Part shown: positions 36,453 through 46,790 of the stretch, in pieces
Numbering within the stretch: position 1 is the first letter of the stretch
Layout of the letters: every line of letters begins with the position of its first letter
DNA from: Thelocarpon superellum
Lineage: Eukaryota
Reading direction: 5' to 3'
DNA: 64,000 nt
Assembly (NCBI GenBank): GCA_026025795.1
Contig: JAPEUG010000023.1
Location: 1-64,000 of the forward strand
Made by a program: the position numbers and the translations under genes
Notes under the pieces: model-generated
What the model was told of the DNA's origin: nothing
Database searches by the model: none
What the model saw: only the letters and a program-made list of their open reading frames with translations

Positions 36453-37839
36453 GGCTGAGGCGGTTCAGCGGAGCGGCCGACGCCGTCGCAGGACGGTCCT
36501 GAGCACACGAGCGATATGGTGAGGAGCAGTGCACCAAGAGGACTAGACGTCGTGATGGCCACTAGAAGGTTGGAGGTCGTGACAAGTGAGCCATGAGAGT
36601 GGCCGAGGATCCAAGTCGCCACGCGCGGGCGACACAAAGATACACGAAGACGCAGGCACAGGAGCGGGAGCTGAAGTGAACCAAGTCCGCCGTAGTAAAC
36701 GGGATGTTGGAGTTCATTCCGCCTTGCCGCGGAAATAATTAGACTTTCCCTCGAACTCGTTGACTCCTGTGGATGTCGAGCGGGAGCGGTCACGTCTCGC
36801 GTCTCGGACGCCTTGCAAGTCATGTGACCGGACTGGTGCTTTTGTTGTGTTCGCAGCGGGTTAGAAGGCAATTCTTATTATCGCTGTTGTGCCTATGATA
36901 AAAACATCTTCTTGGGTCTGCCTATACTAACGATATGAGGACCCTTGCAATCAATGTATAAGAGTACACCACTTCCCAACTACCAACAGAGAATCAAACA
37001 GTTATTGTCGACGGGATGTCCGAGCGCAGACCTCCGACGGGTGTTTCCGTTAGTTAGCTTAGCTTCGAGCCTCGAGTGCAGTATTGTGGACGACTCTGTA
37101 GATGGCAGAAAGCACTAGACACGACGCACAGTCACGATGATGCGGTAGAATCAACGCCGTGTCTGTGCCACCAGGGTGCCCGGTAAGACTGTGTACTTAT
37201 ACTTGATACCCATCCAGGCTGTGCTTCGGTTAGCCGTCACTTCGCTCAAGGTTCTTGGAAATAGCAAGCGGCAGAGCACACTTGCTGGGGGCCCCCCGTT
37301 TCTCGAGCACGGCTAATTGGGGGGCCCCCTTTTAACCGAGACGGTGGTCTGGAGTACTCCCACTAGAAATTCGAGGTAGTGTAAGGTGCCGCCAAACACA
37401 AGATGTATCGCATCCTTCGATGGTATGTCAGAGTTGAGAGCGCGTAGACTGATGTCCGCAAGTTGTCACGCACAGGGAGCAAGGGAAGCTTCGGTGGCCA
37501 CCACTTGCTTCCACGTGATCCCAAGGCGCTGCGAGTTGTTGTGCTTGTTGACAAGGACAACGCGAATTACTTCGCGTTGAGAGAGCAGAAGAATGGGTAG
37601 GGCCAGGGGTCCAAGTCAGCATTGACGAGATTGTCTTCTCGGAATACCGGAGTGATACAGTCACCAGCTATCCGTAACGGAAGGCTGTCTCGATGGATAT
37701 CAAGTCGTAGCAATGAAACCCGGAGAACCCTGTCAGTCATGGACGACGGATCGCCCTCGTATTTCATACACCCACGTCCTCAATGATATATACACTGATG
37801 GCGGAAAGGGTGGGGTCGGCCCACACGCCACGTGCCGCG

Positions 37840-39660
37840 CTACCGTCGACCCTTCTCCTCATCTCTCTTTAGGCGCTTCCGACTCTCGCTAGCAATCATG
37901 TCACTCAGATCCTCTTGAAACCCCCATTCGCCCTTGTCGTCGTTCTTCTGCGCCTCGAATCGCCGGCGCACTTCCTCCTTGCTCAAGCCATCCTCCGCCA
38001 GGAGCGAGTCGGGGTCGATGGCGACGTCGATGTCACCGGGCTTCTTGCGCTTGCGGTTGGGCTCGTCCTGATCCAGCACCGGCAGATGCTGGTTGCGCCG
38101 CGCCGCATTGATGTCGTAGGCTCGCTCGCTCCCAAAGAAGCCCTGGACCGCGCCTTGCGTCTCCGGCACCACGGTGTAGGCGGAGCGGGGATGGACCGAC
38201 TCCTCCGTCTCCGTGCCGCGGCGCTGCTTGCGGAGATCAAAGTCGCCGCCAACGCCGACCTCGCCCCCGTACTCGGATGGCATGGTCGACGCCAGCCCGC
38301 CTGGCGTCTCCAGGCCGCTGGGCGTCTGCAGTCCCGCCCCGGCGTCGTCCTCCTCGTGATCCTCCGATCCCTCCTCGTCGCTGTCCTCTTCCTCCTCTTC
38401 CGACTCCTCCTCGGGCTCTTGCAGCTCGCCCCACAGCGTCTTCTCGACCGGCTCGCCGAGCTGCTGGTTGACCTGCGGCTGGATGACGCCGTAGATGTCG
38501 CCGCCCCACAACGGCCGGTTGAACTCGTCGGTCGGGGGCTTGCCGTACCCACCGGGTTGGTAGCCCCACGACGCCCCCGGCGGGAGCGGCGCGTTCAGGC
38601 CCGGGATCTTGAGGGCGGGGTAGGAGGGGGGTGGGCCGAAACGCTGTTGGTTGAGGAGCCAGGGCGGCGGGGCGCCCGGGGGGATGTTCAGGGCCTCCTT
38701 GAGCTCCTCGCTCAGCTCGCCGGGCCGCAGGTGGCGCAGGTTGGTCTCGTACTCCTTGCCCTCGTAGTAGACCTCGCCGTAGCGCGTCAGCTCGGGCTTG
38801 GTCTGGAAGCGGAAGAAGGCCTCGTAGAGCTTCTGGTAGTCGATGTCCAGCTTGCCCATCTTGGGCTGCACGCGCTCGCGCTGCTTCTGCTTCAAGCTGG
38901 CCTGGTCTTGCTTCTCCAGCACGGCGTCGCGCATCTCGGCGATGCCGGTCTCTTGGATGAACTTGGGCAGGGAGAAGGCAGGCTTCTCCACGCCGCGCTT
39001 CGACGAGAGGTATTCCCGCTTCAGCGACCAGTGCTGCGGCACCGGCACGACGTTACGGTAGGCCTTGATGTGCACAAGTAATCGTGGGTCCGAGGCCGAC
39101 GTATCCGTCCACTCCACCGTCTCGGGCTTGGGCACCAGCGCCTTCAGCTCCGCCACGGAGAGCTTGCTCTGGGCCTTGCGGTCCTTCTTCGACAGCTTCT
39201 TCTCCCCGTCCTTGGCCAGCATGTCCTCCTCGTCGGGGATCTCGTCATCGTCGTCGTAAAAGACCTCGCCTTTGGTCTCGGCGACATCGGTCGTCTGCCA
39301 TCGTGACACATCAGCAGTCGGCCTACCCGCGACCAGACGTTGTGAGCTCACCTGCTCTGTCGCGTTGAACCGATCCAAGATCCCCTTGAAGTCGGCGTAC
39401 ATGGGGTCATTCTCATCCATCAGCGCGACGGATTCGACGTCTGCATCCGACTCGAGTATGGGCTCCGCCGAAGCCGGCTGGACAGGCTGAAGGGACGGCG
39501 CCGTGGTGAGCTCCGCCTCGGAGTCGGTCATGGTACTCGGCTCTCGCGACTCGCGTGCTTTGGCCTTCTCATCCTTCTTTTTGGCCCGCCTCATCTGGTT
39601 CTTGGTCATCTTGACTTTCTTCTCCGGCGCCGCCTCGGCGCCATTGACGAGGTTAGGCAT
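37840..39660 (-). CDS. CUS1: U2 snRNP SF3b subunit CUS1/SAP145/SF3B2
   Basis: RNVVPVPQHWSLKREYLSSKRG, PKMGKLDIDYQKLYEAFF, the PSP domain PPPWLLNQQRFGPPPSYPALKIPGLNAP, and EDLSDMIA. A 57-nt intron lies at 39351-39295. Confidence 0.95.
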   Translation of the reverse strand: MPNLVNGAEAAPEKKVKMTKNQMRRAKKKDEKAKARESREPSTMTDSEAELTTAPSLQPVQPASAEPILESDADVESVALMDENDPMYADFKGILDRFNATEQVSSQRLVAGRPTADVSRWQTTDVAETKGEVFYDDDDEIPDEEDMLAKDGEKKLSKKDRKAQSKLSVAELKALVPKPETVEWTDTSASDPRLLVHIKAYRNVVPVPQHWSLKREYLSSKRGVEKPAFSLPKFIQETGIAEMRDAVLEKQDQASLKQKQRERVQPKMGKLDIDYQKLYEAFFRFQTKPELTRYGEVYYEGKEYETNLRHLRPGELSEELKEALNIPPGAPPPWLLNQQRFGPPPSYPALKIPGLNAPLPPGASWGYQPGGYGKPPTDEFNRPLWGGDIYGVIQPQVNQQLGEPVEKTLWGELQEPEEESEEEEEDSDEEGSEDHEEDDAGAGLQTPSGLETPGGLASTMPSEYGGEVGVGGDFDLRKQRRGTETEESVHPRSAYTVVPETQGAVQGFFGSERAYDINAARRNQHLPVLDQDEPNRKRKKPGDIDVAIDPDSLLAEDGLSKEEVRRRFEAQKNDDKGEWGFQEDLSDMIASESRKRLKRDEEKGRR

Positions 39661-40363
39661 GGCGAGAGCTGAGTCCGCCTTGGGGCGTCACGTTCGATGG
39701 CTGGTCGACTGAGATGCTCGGTGCCGTGCAACGTCTCTCATCCATGTGTGCCCACGATGTCAATCCTGGTAAAGTTCATGACGATTCGACCACGAAGCGG
39801 ATGTGTGATATGCGTGGCGTGTGGCGTGTGGCGTGTGGCGTGTGGTGTGTGGTATGTGGTGCTTGCTGTTCAGACAGAGAGACTTTCCGTCTGCACCCGG
39901 TCGGACAGACGCGAGTGAGGTGAAGCGATGGCAGGTTTGGCTTGGCACACGTATACAATCTCCGGCGGTGGTGCAGCATAAGTCTCCTGCGGTCAGACAA
40001 GCTATAACCGCTTGCAGAGGTACCGGCACTATTGGCACGTCTCATCTTTTCTATCGTCGTCGCAAGTCGTCGTTCACGTCGTGCAGTACGGGGGCGAAGC
40101 ACGTAAATGCTGGACAAAGCGCTGACGGAGATCAATGACCACCACCTTGATCTACCTGCCATTGTGTATCCCCGGCCGCACCCCGACCTGGTGCAGAATC
40201 TCCTGGTATGTTCGCTCCGTCCTACAGGGCTTGAGTTTCTCGTCGTAGCACTGTCGTCAGGCCAATGTCCAGGACATCCGTCCCGACACCAGCTCCACCC
40301 CGGGTCGCCCTGGCCACCGCAACCCGCCCATCGTCATCGCCAACCTCGTCGACCTCGCCGATC

Positions 40364-40384
40364 ATGGCAGGTCCACCATGGTAA
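40364..40384 (+). promoter_or_regulatory. Putative uORF MAGPPW*
   Basis: ATG GCA GGT CCA CCA TGG TAA with A at -3 and G at +4, ending 30 nt before the main ATG at 40415. Transcription through it is assumed. Confidence 0.5.
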
Positions 40385-40414
40385 AGGCGGAACGCGGATC
40401 GGTCGCCACTGGAC

Positions 40415-42250
40415 ATGCCTCATTCCACCTCCTCGCCCAATGATCGGCGGTCGCCCTCAGCCGGCTTTCTCCCAACGGCCAAGTTCCCCACCGCCGTCGC
40501 GGCCTCGGCTGTCCCCGACCATGTCATGCTCCGACAGGACGAGTCGGTCACCCTGACCCCACTGGCCGCGACGACATCGCGTCAGCCGAGCCCGCATGCG
40601 AATGGCAGCATCGCAAGTGATCGGTGGCATTCGCCGCGGGACAGCGCAGGGCCACGCGGCATCACCCGCCACGGGAGGCAGAAGAGCCTGAGCGATGCCA
40701 TTCACAATATCCGCACGAGGAGAGGGAGCGTCAGCGCCAACGCCCAAGAACTGGCCGACGCGCTCAAAGCACCCGTCTCGCCCAAGTTGGTGGTGCTGTG
40801 CATCATCTGGTACTTCAACTCCGCCCTGACCAACACCTCATCCAAGTCCATCCTCATTGCCTTTCCCAAACCCGTGACCTTGACCCTGGTGCAATTTGGC
40901 TTTGTGGCCTTCTGGTGTGTCTTCTTCGCCCACCTGGCCCGCAGATACCCCTCGTTGCGAGAGACCATCCCCGCCCTGCAACATAGCATCCGATCGCCCT
41001 CTCGCGATGTCGTCATGACCACCCTCCCCTTGGCCGCCTTCCAGGTCGGCGGGCACCTGCTGAATTCCACCGCCACCTCCACCATGCCCGTGTCGCTCGT
41101 CCACACCGTTAAAGGATTGTCACCCCTCATCACGGTGCTGGCGTATCGATTCATCTTCCGCGTCCACCACGCCCCGGCCACATACCTGTCGCTTATCCCG
41201 CTGACCGTCGGCGTCATGCTTGCCTGCTCGACGGAGTTCAGCGGGCATTTCTTTGGCCTGCTCTGCTCCCTGGGCGGTGCCATCATCTTCGTCTGGCAGA
41301 ACATCTTCTCCAAACAGCTGTTCAACGAGGCGGTGCGCGCCGAGGCCGACGGACAGGCACACAAGAGCCGCAAGCTGGACAAGCTCAATCTCCTCTGCTA
41401 CTCCTCGGGGCTCGCTTTCATCTTGACCACGCCGCTGTGGCTCTGGTCCGAAGGCTTCGCCCTCATGGGCGACTTCTTCCATGACGGCGCCCTCGACCTC
41501 TCCGGCCGAAAGGACGCGCTGAGCGCGCGCCGGCTGACGCTGGAATTCCTGTTCAACGGATCCTTCCACTTTGGGCAGAACATCATGGCGTTCATCCTGC
41601 TCTCCATGGTCTCGCCCGTGACGTACTCCGTCGCCAGCCTGGTCAAACGGATCTTCATCATCGTAGCCTCGATCGTGTGGTTTGGGAACAGCACGACGCC
41701 GATGCAAGCGTTCGGCATCGCTCTCACCTTCCTAGGTCTCTATCTATACGACCGCACGAGCGACGCATCGCGCGCCGACCGACGCGTCAAGCTCGACCAA
41801 CTCAAGGCCGTCGAGCCGCTCCTCCCTTTCGCCGACCACCGCCCTCACGTCTCCTCCACCAGCGCCGATTTTGCCGAATCTCCCATCTCCATGGCGCCTG
41901 GCGCCGGCAGTCTCGGTCTCCTCAGCAGCGGCAACAGCATCCAATCCCCCACTTCTGCAGTAGCCGTCAACGGCTATTCCCACGTGCATCCTCACCCGCT
42001 CGTGCACGGCGACGAGAAGAAATCCGACGACGCCGGCGCAGGCGGAGGCATCACCGGACGATCACGAGGCCAGAGCACGACGACGGCCTGGCTACCGCCC
42101 GGCACACGGCAGGAAGACACGTGGCAGGCACGAGACCGCAATTTCGCTGGCGGTGCTACTACGGGCGGTGCCGGTGTTTCCGTGACTACGGCGACGACAG
42201 GCACGCTAACAGCGGCACCTCCAACCACGAATGGTATGGAGGCTACTTGA
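40415..42250 (+). CDS. Triose-phosphate/nucleotide-sugar transporter family (SLC35E/Sly41-like) membrane protein
   Basis: LCIIWYFNSALTNTSSKSIL, PVTLTLVQF, VSLVHTVKGLSP, KLDKLNLLCYSS and VSPVTYSVASLVKRIFII, with multiple TM helices in a single ORF. Confidence 0.88.
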   Translation: MPHSTSSPNDRRSPSAGFLPTAKFPTAVAASAVPDHVMLRQDESVTLTPLAATTSRQPSPHANGSIASDRWHSPRDSAGPRGITRHGRQKSLSDAIHNIRTRRGSVSANAQELADALKAPVSPKLVVLCIIWYFNSALTNTSSKSILIAFPKPVTLTLVQFGFVAFWCVFFAHLARRYPSLRETIPALQHSIRSPSRDVVMTTLPLAAFQVGGHLLNSTATSTMPVSLVHTVKGLSPLITVLAYRFIFRVHHAPATYLSLIPLTVGVMLACSTEFSGHFFGLLCSLGGAIIFVWQNIFSKQLFNEAVRAEADGQAHKSRKLDKLNLLCYSSGLAFILTTPLWLWSEGFALMGDFFHDGALDLSGRKDALSARRLTLEFLFNGSFHFGQNIMAFILLSMVSPVTYSVASLVKRIFIIVASIVWFGNSTTPMQAFGIALTFLGLYLYDRTSDASRADRRVKLDQLKAVEPLLPFADHRPHVSSTSADFAESPISMAPGAGSLGLLSSGNSIQSPTSAVAVNGYSHVHPHPLVHGDEKKSDDAGAGGGITGRSRGQSTTTAWLPPGTRQEDTWQARDRNFAGGATTGGAGVSVTTATTGTLTAAPPTTNGMEAT

Positions 42251-42797
42251 TTGATGATTTTTTTGAAATATTGTATCTGTCTTTGACGACCATCATCGAC
42301 TATTCATCATGGATCATTCATCCTTGATCGGTGATTTGAGTACCCGCCGAGCGGCAACCCTGTAAGGTCAGATCTATCTAATCCAGCTACGACACGATAG
42401 CTAGAGATCTCAGCAAGCGTTGAGCAAAGCAATAAGTCATGGATGGATGTTGACGCGTACGTAGGCCGGGGCACAACATAAGATAGTGATACTCTCCAGA
42501 GTGACTGGTGTGGTTAGGAGACGAGTGATATGATAAGACGCTTCTTATCATCATGATTGGTGGATGGTGAGGAAATGCCTGCGTAGATGCCTACTTCAAC
42601 TGCCTTGATGTCCAGGCGCCCAAGAAACGCCCTTCCTCCCGGCCGCTCATGCTTGCGCGGCCTGAAATGCTCATCAGTACAGCCCGATATGAACAAAGTG
42701 GGTTGATGGGTCACGAGAGGGGCCAATAGTGAAGAAGCGAAGCGGACACGAGCAGCAACCAGAACCAGCGCAGAGTGAACAGCGAAGAGTGAGGTGC

Positions 42798-44696
42798 TCA
42801 AGACGACCGGTCCGAGTCTCGGCGCACAGCTGACTGCCCGTGGCTGCGGAGCGGCCACGTGCCGGCCGCATGGGGCGCAGGATGGGCCGGAGACACCGCG
42901 CCCGAGAGGTCGGTGGGATAGTGGCGTAGGGGCGCAGGGTGGATGGCGGAGTCCCCGTCGTCGATGCCGGTGGTCTGCGGCATGGCCTCGTGATGCGAGG
43001 TCGGGAGCGAGTGGGCCGTCGAGGGCGCCGTGGAGTGCGTCGTCATCGCTTCGTCGCTCTTGCGGAGCTCATTGACCGAGCTCGATGTGCCCTTGGCCTC
43101 GGCATTGGGCTGCACAGGCTCCTTGTGCCCGCCGAGTCGGAGATCGTCGTCGAACTCGCCCCGCTCCACCGCGACCAGCCAGCGCCGGAATTCCTTGTTC
43201 CCGTCCACGCGCGTACCCCAGAGATACTGCGCCCCGTTGATCTGGACCATAACGTCCGGCATGCTCGCCAGCAGCCGCATCACCCCGCGGATCTCATCAT
43301 GGTCGTAGCACTCGATCATCGTGAAGCCGTACGCGTGCGCCGACCACCGGATGTACAAGAGTCCCAGCATACGTCCGGCCGTGACCACCACCAGGAGGAC
43401 GACGAGCATGATCAGCGTGTCGATGACCGTGCCGCCCCAGTACACACTGAAGAAGGCCGTGAGCAACAAGAGACTGTCGAAGCGTCAGTCCTGAATCAAC
43501 CTGCAGAGGGTGGAGTCGAGAAGGGGAACCGACGTCGCGCCTTGGATGAAACCCGTCATCACCGTTGCAAGCGGACCGCGCGCTTCAAGACTCTGGTGAA
43601 CCATAATCACCAGCGGCTTGCGTCGCCCTTGCGTCGCCTTGACCGCCAGCAACGGGTGTTTACAGATATACACAATTCGAGCCCAGAGTAGCAGGGCCGT
43701 CTGTGTGATGCTCTCGGCCGGCCTGAAGGGATGGTAGCGTGGCGGCAGTTCCTGAGCCGTGGTGACGGCTTTGGGGTCCTCAATCAGGGCTCGAAATTGC
43801 GACAGGTGCGGAAGATGATGGATGTAGACCATCTCGTGGTTCGACAGACACCATTGCAGCGCGCGCAAGAGCATGGCGAAGCCCGCGCTGGCCAGCAGCC
43901 ACCAGATGGTGGTGCCCACCTGGGGGGAGTCGACGAGGTTGATCTCGCTCTGACATGACCAGAGCGGCTGCGACGTCGTAACCCCAGCGGTGGAGGAGAG
44001 CATGATGTAGAAGAGGAACAGCTGGACGATGCTGATGGCGATGCTTGGCAGGTACCACCAATGGTTGCGCCAAATATACCGATGCGCCCGCGCCTTGAGC
44101 ACCCGGAACTGCTGGGCACGGTTCACGATGACGCCGCCGACAAAGTTGCCGCTCTGGCCGAGATACCAGCCTTGCAGCTCCGCCAACGGCACCTGCCAGC
44201 TGGGCCAGTCCCAGGTCTTGATGGCTCCCTCCACTGCCTTGCCGTACTCCCGAATGCGCTCCACATCGATGCTCGGGAGATGGTGGAGGTCGATGATCTG
44301 CTTCTGCGGCACGGCCCCGATACTCTTCACCGGCAGGCCCAGCCCAAAGGCTGCCGACATCAGGCCCACGACCCAGCTGGTCCCGAACGCCTCCGACGAC
44401 CGAGGCACGTACAGATTGCCAATCGTCAGGAGCGTGGGAATGAGCGTGATGAGCGTCGTGGCCGCGTTCATCCCCGCCTGGCTGAAGGGATCCGCTCCGC
44501 CCAGGGCCGCGTTGATCCGTGATCGGCAGGCAAAGTTGTAACCCACCCCCTGATTCGCGAGCACGTTGGTCAAGTTAAAGGTCTTCGGGTCGTAGAGGGT
44601 GGCCTGGGCCAGCGGCGCCATCGACAAACTCAGCACGAGGGTGAACATCGTGGTCCGCGCGAGATCTGTCGCCTCGCGGCGGGCCGTCCGAGCCAT
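42798..44696 (-). CDS. Uncharacterised multi-pass membrane protein, 2 exons
   Basis: Two long ORFs joined by a GTCGGT..CTGAC..CAG intron (43533-43474). There is a signal-peptide-like N-terminus and several hydrophobic helices. Confidence 0.75.
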
Positions 44697-46161
44697 CGTC
44701 GCCGTCCGACGCGTACAGCGGGAGGGGGACTGATCGATCAGGACAACGAGAAGATCGCCAGAGCCACAGTCAGCGTCGCCGGTGGTCTGCCAAAGATCGG
44801 GAGTACCACGCGTGTGACGGAAATGTAGCAAGTTGGAGGCAACGGAGGCTCGCTGGGGACCACAGCCTTATCACGCACACCATCATGACGCCTCCGAAAT
44901 TGTCCTTCGCACGAGATGAGCCCGCCCATGTTCGTCGACCAGTTGATGGGCTGAAGGGCGACCGGGGGGTGGACGAAGGTGCATATCCCCTAGCCCTAGC
45001 CAGGGTGGGGTCCAAAGTATGCAACCCGTTCCAGCGGCCATGTTCTTCACTTGACCGTCAACCACGTACCATGTCAAGAGGTCCTGATTCGCTCGTGGCG
45101 TTTGAGCTCAAACCAAGTATTTCCCATCATATTAGTCCTCAATGGTCCTCATTGGCATAGTCGTCCAACTGTCTTCAGACCTACCTACCCCGACGTGACA
45201 CATCTACGAGCCATCATTGTCGTGGTCCAATACCACCTCCCATGGCGCGGACGTGATCGTGTTGTTAGCGAGCGGATTTAGCGACCGGGAGCGAACTGTG
45301 ACACGGGCTCTCCAGCGGTGCTAGCCCTCGGGAGCGGGTACCATTGGTTCCACACGGCGTTGCCGTGGGCCTGGGGCTCTTGGTTGGGCTCTGCGGGCAC
45401 TTCGGGCTCTCCCCGCCTCCGGTCTAATCTCAACCCCGGGAGGTGCAGCAAGCCCGACCACTCATCTCTTCACTTTTACGCCACCAGTCGGACTCACTAA
45501 TGACAGCACCTGCTCAGTGTTTCAGCTTCCTCGGGCAGTGTGCTTGAAGAACGGACGATGCCCGTGGCTGTTTACAGATCGACGGAGCCATTTTACCTTG
45601 CCTACTCCGAATGTTATATCATACACTTCTTACCAAGTAGGCAATGTACGATGAGTTGCCCCTAACCTGATGAGCTGGAGACCACGTCAGCTCTACACTC
45701 GTAGTACGAGTATAAGAGCCATCAGCGCAGTTGGTCGCTGAGCAGGGCTGTCACACAATAATGTGGGCCACGGTCGCAAGTGAGTATCCGCTAATTTAGA
45801 TGCTAGCCTTCCAAATCCAGGAGCTCGTTTAAGCACCCCATCCACAAGAAACGCAGTCATGCTGACCACTTGATCATAACGCCACGACCATCGTGCAGTC
45901 CTTTCTATAGTCGTCTACATTATTTTAGCTGGCGCACAGAGGACGAAGTGCACGGCATCCATGTTAGAGAGAAAGATCCTTCTTTTCGGTACGCACAACA
46001 TATCGCAAGTAATTCGGCGTCAGCGTCATCGGCAGGTGCCAAGTGACCCCGGTTTCTCCATCATTTTGGAAAAACAGAGGTGCGGATGTGCCGGCGAGCA
46101 CTGACTTGCTGGGCCGCGCAACGACTTACGAGAACATGACTGATTGCTCTCAACATGAGTC

Positions 46162-46716
46162 TCACACGTAGCTAGGGGAGCACTTTGCATCGTCGGCCCT
46201 TTCCCTCTCTCGTGCAGAGAAGTCTCGTAATAATCGTGGTGAGTTTATCAACATATAATCCAAATTTTTAGTTGAAGAAAACCACCCGCCACCGGTCCGC
46301 TCCTTTGGATCGTGATGTTCGCGAGTAGCTAGCTGGGAATTCTTCGCAAGACTCCGCACGGCTATGGCGACTACGATGTGTTGGGCGTAGGCTAAGTCGT
46401 CCGACGACAAGTTGAGGGAGAGGCATCGTGAAAGGAACCACGGAAGTGTAGCATCGTTGGTAAGGAACAGAAGGTCATCGAGATGCTTGACAGCCCCCTC
46501 GTCCGCTCCAGCTACGATGCCCGACAGATCATGCTCTTGGAACACGTAGCAGGGGAGGATCGGATAGGGAGAGCCTGAAGCGTCCGCATCCTCCTACAAT
46601 AAATTGCGCCCGTTAATGAGTATGACGGTCAGAAGGGAGATGAGGCGGTGTCGACAAGAAATACTCGACGCGAGGAAACGACTTACGTAATCATGAGCGA
46701 AGATCACTCGCGACAT
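46162..46716 (-). CDS. Hypothetical protein divergent from the complex I gene (3' end uncertain)
   Basis: Exon 1 MSRVIFAHDY (46716-46687) and a GTAAGT..CTGAC..TAG intron (46686-46594) splice in frame into the ORF ending at 46162. Confidence 0.4.
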
Positions 46717-46790
46717 TTGGTGACAGCATCGCCGTGAAGTCTGGTCTCCGCTAGCCTCACCATCTACTGCATCCTCAAATCGTCTGTACC

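Noticed and set aside
36855..36866. CTAACCC on the minus strand as a telomerase RNA template
   Set aside because: Only 7 nt, with no alignment repeat (CTAACCCT/TAACCCTAA), and the available interval is short.
36452..36871. N-terminal part of the 829-aa ORF-track call
   Set aside because: It is read-through of upstream DNA and an intron. A better model starts at ATG 36452 with a canonical intron.
4806..39660. Functional cluster of RNA-processing genes (Nrd1, RPC2, PUF, SR-rich, CUS1)
   Set aside because: They are interspersed with unrelated housekeeping genes, which is compatible with chance in a compact genome.
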